Assembly (NCBI GenBank): GCA_002414225.1
Contig: DHYV01000048.1
Location: forward strand, 634-63,539
DNA: 62,906 nucleotides
Source of the DNA: Desulfobulbaceae bacterium UBA5121
GTDB taxonomy: Bacteria > Desulfobacterota > Desulfobulbia > Desulfobulbales > UBA5123
Direction of reading: 5' to 3'
Shown: piece by piece, positions 59,889 to 62,906 of the stretch
Numbering within the stretch: position 1 is the first letter of the stretch
How the letters are laid out: the number at the start of each line of letters is the position of its first letter
Position numbers and translations under genes: made by a program
The notes under the pieces: model-generated
Databases searched by the model: none
What the model was told of the DNA's origin: nothing
The model's input: the letters and a program-made list of their open reading frames with translations, nothing else

Positions 59889-62228
59889 ATGACAATGCCC
59901 CGTACCGTCACCGATGAACAGGTAGAGATCATCGAGGAATTCATCTCCGAAGTCAGGGATCTCCTTGACCAGACGGAACCGGCCATCATCGGCCTGGCCG
60001 CGTACTGCAAGGATCTCCAGCAGCAAACCTCCGAGGAAAGCCTCCAGATCCTCCACTCCATCTTCCGCCATTTCCATTCCATCAAGGGGGGGGCCGGCTT
60101 TCTCAACCTGGGCAATCTGGTCACCTGCGCTCACAGCGCCGAGAACCTCCTCGATCGCCTGCGAGTCGGAGAGTTTCTCCTTACCCAGAGCCACATCGAC
60201 ATTCTCTGCAAGGCCTGTGACTTTATCACCGATGCCATGCATGCCCTGGAAACCGATCTCAACGACCGCGCCATGGGCGACCGGGCCAGGGAAATCAAGG
60301 CCCTGTTCGACCGGGCCATTGCTGGTGATCAACCGCCGGCCGCGGAAGAGGACCGCAAAGAGGGAGAACTCTCCGCCCGGCCGGCCGACCAGGCGCCGAC
60401 CATCGACCTCGACCTCGACCCCTCGCAGCTCATCAACCCCGAAACCCTGGCTCACTTTCTTGCCGAGGCCAACGACCTGATCCGAGACAGCGAGGAAGCA
60501 CTCCTCCAGTGGGTGCAGACGCCGGACGACCACGAACAGGTCAGCCGGCTGATCAGAAACATCCACGGGCTCAAGGGCAACTGCGGCTTTCTGGGTTTCA
60601 ACGATCTGGAGCGGCTCGCCCATGCCATGGAGAGCCTCTTCGAATCGGCCCGCAACGGGGCGACGCTCGATCTTTCCGCGGTGCCGGAAACCCTCCTCGG
60701 AACCCTCGACCTCCTCAAGGCCGCCATCGAGCGGATCGGCCAGGGCGGCGACAGCCGCATCGAGCGCGTCGGTTTCATGGTCCAGACCCTGGTCGATCTC
60801 ACCCACTCCGACGCGCCCACCGCCGTTGGAAACGCAGCGGCCCCGAAACTGGGAGAAATCCTGGTCAGGCAGGGAGTTGTCACCGATGAAGCGGTGGAGC
60901 AGGCCCTGGAAATCCAGAACAAACCCCTGGGCAAGATCCTGGTGGAAACCGGGGTGGTGACCCCCGAACAGATTGATACCGCCCTCAGCAGCCAACAGAG
61001 CCAGAAGCAGGCCGCCACCGCAGGCGGACCGCCGCAGGTCGCCGTCCGCCAGGATATCCGGGTGGATCTGGGCAAGCTCGACAGCCTCATCAACCTCATC
61101 GGCGAAATGGTCATCGCCGAAAACATGCTCATCAACAGCCCCGACCTGGCAGGCCTTGAACTTGAGAACTTCAACAAAGCCTCCCAGCACATGGACAAGA
61201 TCATCCGCGAGCTGCAGGAAATGGCCATGTTGATCCGCATGGTGCCGGTGGCAGGGCTGTTCCGCCGGATGACGCGACTGGTGCATGACCTTTCCCGCAA
61301 GTCCGGCAAAAAGGTGGATCTCCAGCTCATCGGCGAAACCACCGAGGTTGACAAGACGGTCATCGAGCTGATCACCGACCCCCTGGTGCACCTCCTGCGC
61401 AACTCCATGGACCACGGACTGGAAGGCCCCGATGAACGAACCACGGCCGGCAAACCGGTCACCGGCGTGCTGCGGCTTTCAGCAAGCCACGAAGAAGGCG
61501 ATGTGATCATCACCATCACCGACGACGGCCGGGGGCTCAACCGCAAGAAGATCCTCGCCAAAGCGGCGGAGAAGGGATTGATCGACAACGACGGCGCCCA
61601 GATGGGCGACGCCGAGGTCTTCAACCTCATCTTTCTGCCCGGTTTCTCCACCGCCGACACGGTTACCGATGTCTCGGGCCGGGGCGTGGGCATGGATGTG
61701 GTGCGCCGCAACCTTGAAAAGATCAAAGGCAAGATCGAGATCCAGAGCAAGGCCGGGGTCGGCACCACTATCGTGCTCCGGATTCCGCTGACGCTCGCGA
61801 TCATCGACGGGATGATGATCCGGGTCGGCACCTCCCAGTACATCGTGCCGCTCCTCTCCATCCGTGAATCCTTCTGTCCCCGCCCGGAACTGATCACCGT
61901 CTCGCCGGACGGCCAGGAACTGGCCAGGGTGCGCGACCGGCTGCTGCCCGTGGTGCGGCTGCACGAACTGCACAAGATCACCCCGGGCTGCCAGGAACTC
62001 GAAAAGGGCATTCTCATCGTGCTGGAAGGCCAGGAGATCAACTTCTGTCTCTTCGTGGACGAGATCATGGGCCAGCAGCAGACCGTGATCAAGGGACTGT
62101 CGGAGTACATCTCCACCCTGGGCAACGTCGGTGGCGTTTCGGGCTGCACCATCCTGGGCAACGGCGATGTCTGCCTGATCCTGGACGTCCACTCCCTGGC
62201 AGATGTAGCGCTCTATGCCAACGGGTAA
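59889..62228 (+). CDS. cheA: Chemotaxis histidine kinase CheA (copy 2, two Hpt domains)
   Basis: FRHFHSIKG and IRNIHGLKG, RNSMDHGLE, DDGRG, PGFSTA, GRGVGMDVV, CheW-like domain. Confidence 0.94.
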   Translation: MTMPRTVTDEQVEIIEEFISEVRDLLDQTEPAIIGLAAYCKDLQQQTSEESLQILHSIFRHFHSIKGGAGFLNLGNLVTCAHSAENLLDRLRVGEFLLTQSHIDILCKACDFITDAMHALETDLNDRAMGDRAREIKALFDRAIAGDQPPAAEEDRKEGELSARPADQAPTIDLDLDPSQLINPETLAHFLAEANDLIRDSEEALLQWVQTPDDHEQVSRLIRNIHGLKGNCGFLGFNDLERLAHAMESLFESARNGATLDLSAVPETLLGTLDLLKAAIERIGQGGDSRIERVGFMVQTLVDLTHSDAPTAVGNAAAPKLGEILVRQGVVTDEAVEQALEIQNKPLGKILVETGVVTPEQIDTALSSQQSQKQAATAGGPPQVAVRQDIRVDLGKLDSLINLIGEMVIAENMLINSPDLAGLELENFNKASQHMDKIIRELQEMAMLIRMVPVAGLFRRMTRLVHDLSRKSGKKVDLQLIGETTEVDKTVIELITDPLVHLLRNSMDHGLEGPDERTTAGKPVTGVLRLSASHEEGDVIITITDDGRGLNRKKILAKAAEKGLIDNDGAQMGDAEVFNLIFLPGFSTADTVTDVSGRGVGMDVVRRNLEKIKGKIEIQSKAGVGTTIVLRIPLTLAIIDGMMIRVGTSQYIVPLLSIRESFCPRPELITVSPDGQELARVRDRLLPVVRLHELHKITPGCQELEKGILIVLEGQEINFCLFVDEIMGQQQTVIKGLSEYISTLGNVGGVSGCTILGNGDVCLILDVHSLADVALYANG

Positions 62229-62673
62229 CGGTGCCGGCCACGCATAGCGCGCATTTTTCAAGGTTCACCGGCAACCCCGTCCTCCGAACGGAAGGTAAAC
62301 GCCCCTTGCTCTCCAGGGGGCGACCGATCTCACCGGCTCCGCCTCGCCACGAAGCAAGTTGCATCGCCAGCCATATGCCCCCCCTCGTGACCTGAGCGAC
62401 CCCGGCCGGCCGGGTGATCCGGGTTAGCCCGCGTCGGCGCCAAACCCGGCTCCGCTCAATTCCGGGAAAACACGTTTCCGTCGCCGCCAGGGATGACCGC
62501 CGCCCTCGCTGACGCTGTAAGCCTTTTTCCCTCTCCCTGCCAACCTTGGGATGCGATTTCAAGGCCCGCCTTGGCTCACGCGTCCGGACATTGTCCTTTC
62601 TCCCGCCCCCCCCCTCACAAACCCATAGTCCATAATAATTAGACATTAGACAGTCCTAAAAATTTCCTCATCC

Positions 62674-62720
62674 CGATATTAAGTTATCGCTTGACACGGC
62701 ACCATTCACGGCTCGAAAAT
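62674..62720 (+). promoter_or_regulatory. Promoter candidate with adjacent palindrome upstream of probable cheW
   Basis: CGATA-N6-TATCG (62674-62689) directly before TTGACA-N18-GAAAAT. Confidence 0.4.
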
Positions 62721-62852
62721 AACTCCCATTAGCGATACTATTTTCAGGCAGGCACACACATCACCGCCCGCCCTAAAAAGGGGATGGCGGAAGCGGTTCA
62801 CGTGCCGGCCTGGTCGCCGCTCAAACTGAACAGTACGGGGGGGGGGTAAAAA

Positions 62853-62906
62853 ATGGCGGAAGAAGAAATGGTCGCCTTGGAGGAAGATCTCTACGACGAC
62901 GAAGAC
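62853..62906 (+). CDS. Start of a gene, probably CheW (truncated by window end)
   Basis: MAEEEMVALEEDLYDDED acidic N-terminus resembling deltaproteobacterial CheW; follows cheA; G-rich SD. Confidence 0.5.
   Translation, partial: MAEEEMVALEEDLYDDED

Noticed and set aside
62229-62852. c-di-GMP (GEMM) riboswitch or sigma28 promoter upstream of probable cheW
   Set aside because: No GEMM core motif found by eye; TAAA/CCCGATAT spacing is 11 rather than 15

Overview
GC-rich bacterial chromosomal window, most consistent with an anaerobic Desulfobacterota (Desulfobulbales-like) organism; this is inferred from gene content (GGGtGRT pair, PilR/PilS, c-heme sensor kinases, hyp genes, bacteriohemerythrin). 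Left to right: truncated nifU, a di-heme-motif diguanylate cyclase, uvrC, a REC-PAS-LuxR regulator followed by a structured non-coding segment, leuB plus an IscU-like/GGGtGRT gene pair, extended rarA, hypC-hypA, pilR-pilS, surE, comM, a c-heme multi-PAS hybrid kinase, a Tat-lipoprotein M48 protease, cNMP-binding protein, amn, metF, PilZ, an LPS cluster (msbA, methyltransferase, five glycosyltransferases, DUF6492-like protein, waaL, rmlACDB), a compositionally atypical hybrid kinase, a frameshifted SH3 gene, YccA, AI-2E transporter, hemerythrin, MBL hydrolase, SpmAB-like transporter, and an unusual chemosensory cluster (REC-HK, REC, CheA, Hpt-Hpt*-REC, double-Hpt CheA, start of probable cheW). 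I saw no tRNA, rRNA, CRISPR array or transposase. The best novelty candidates are (1) a probable sRNA with multiple C-rich anti-SD-like loops directly behind a LuxR-family response regulator, (2) two tandem CheA kinases that both carry MshEN-like c-di-GMP-binding motifs, with a multi-Hpt relay between them, (3) the uncharacterised IscU-like + GGGtGRT pair downstream of leuB, and (4) a poly-C frameshift in the SH3 gene. All annotation is by eye; no database searches were run.
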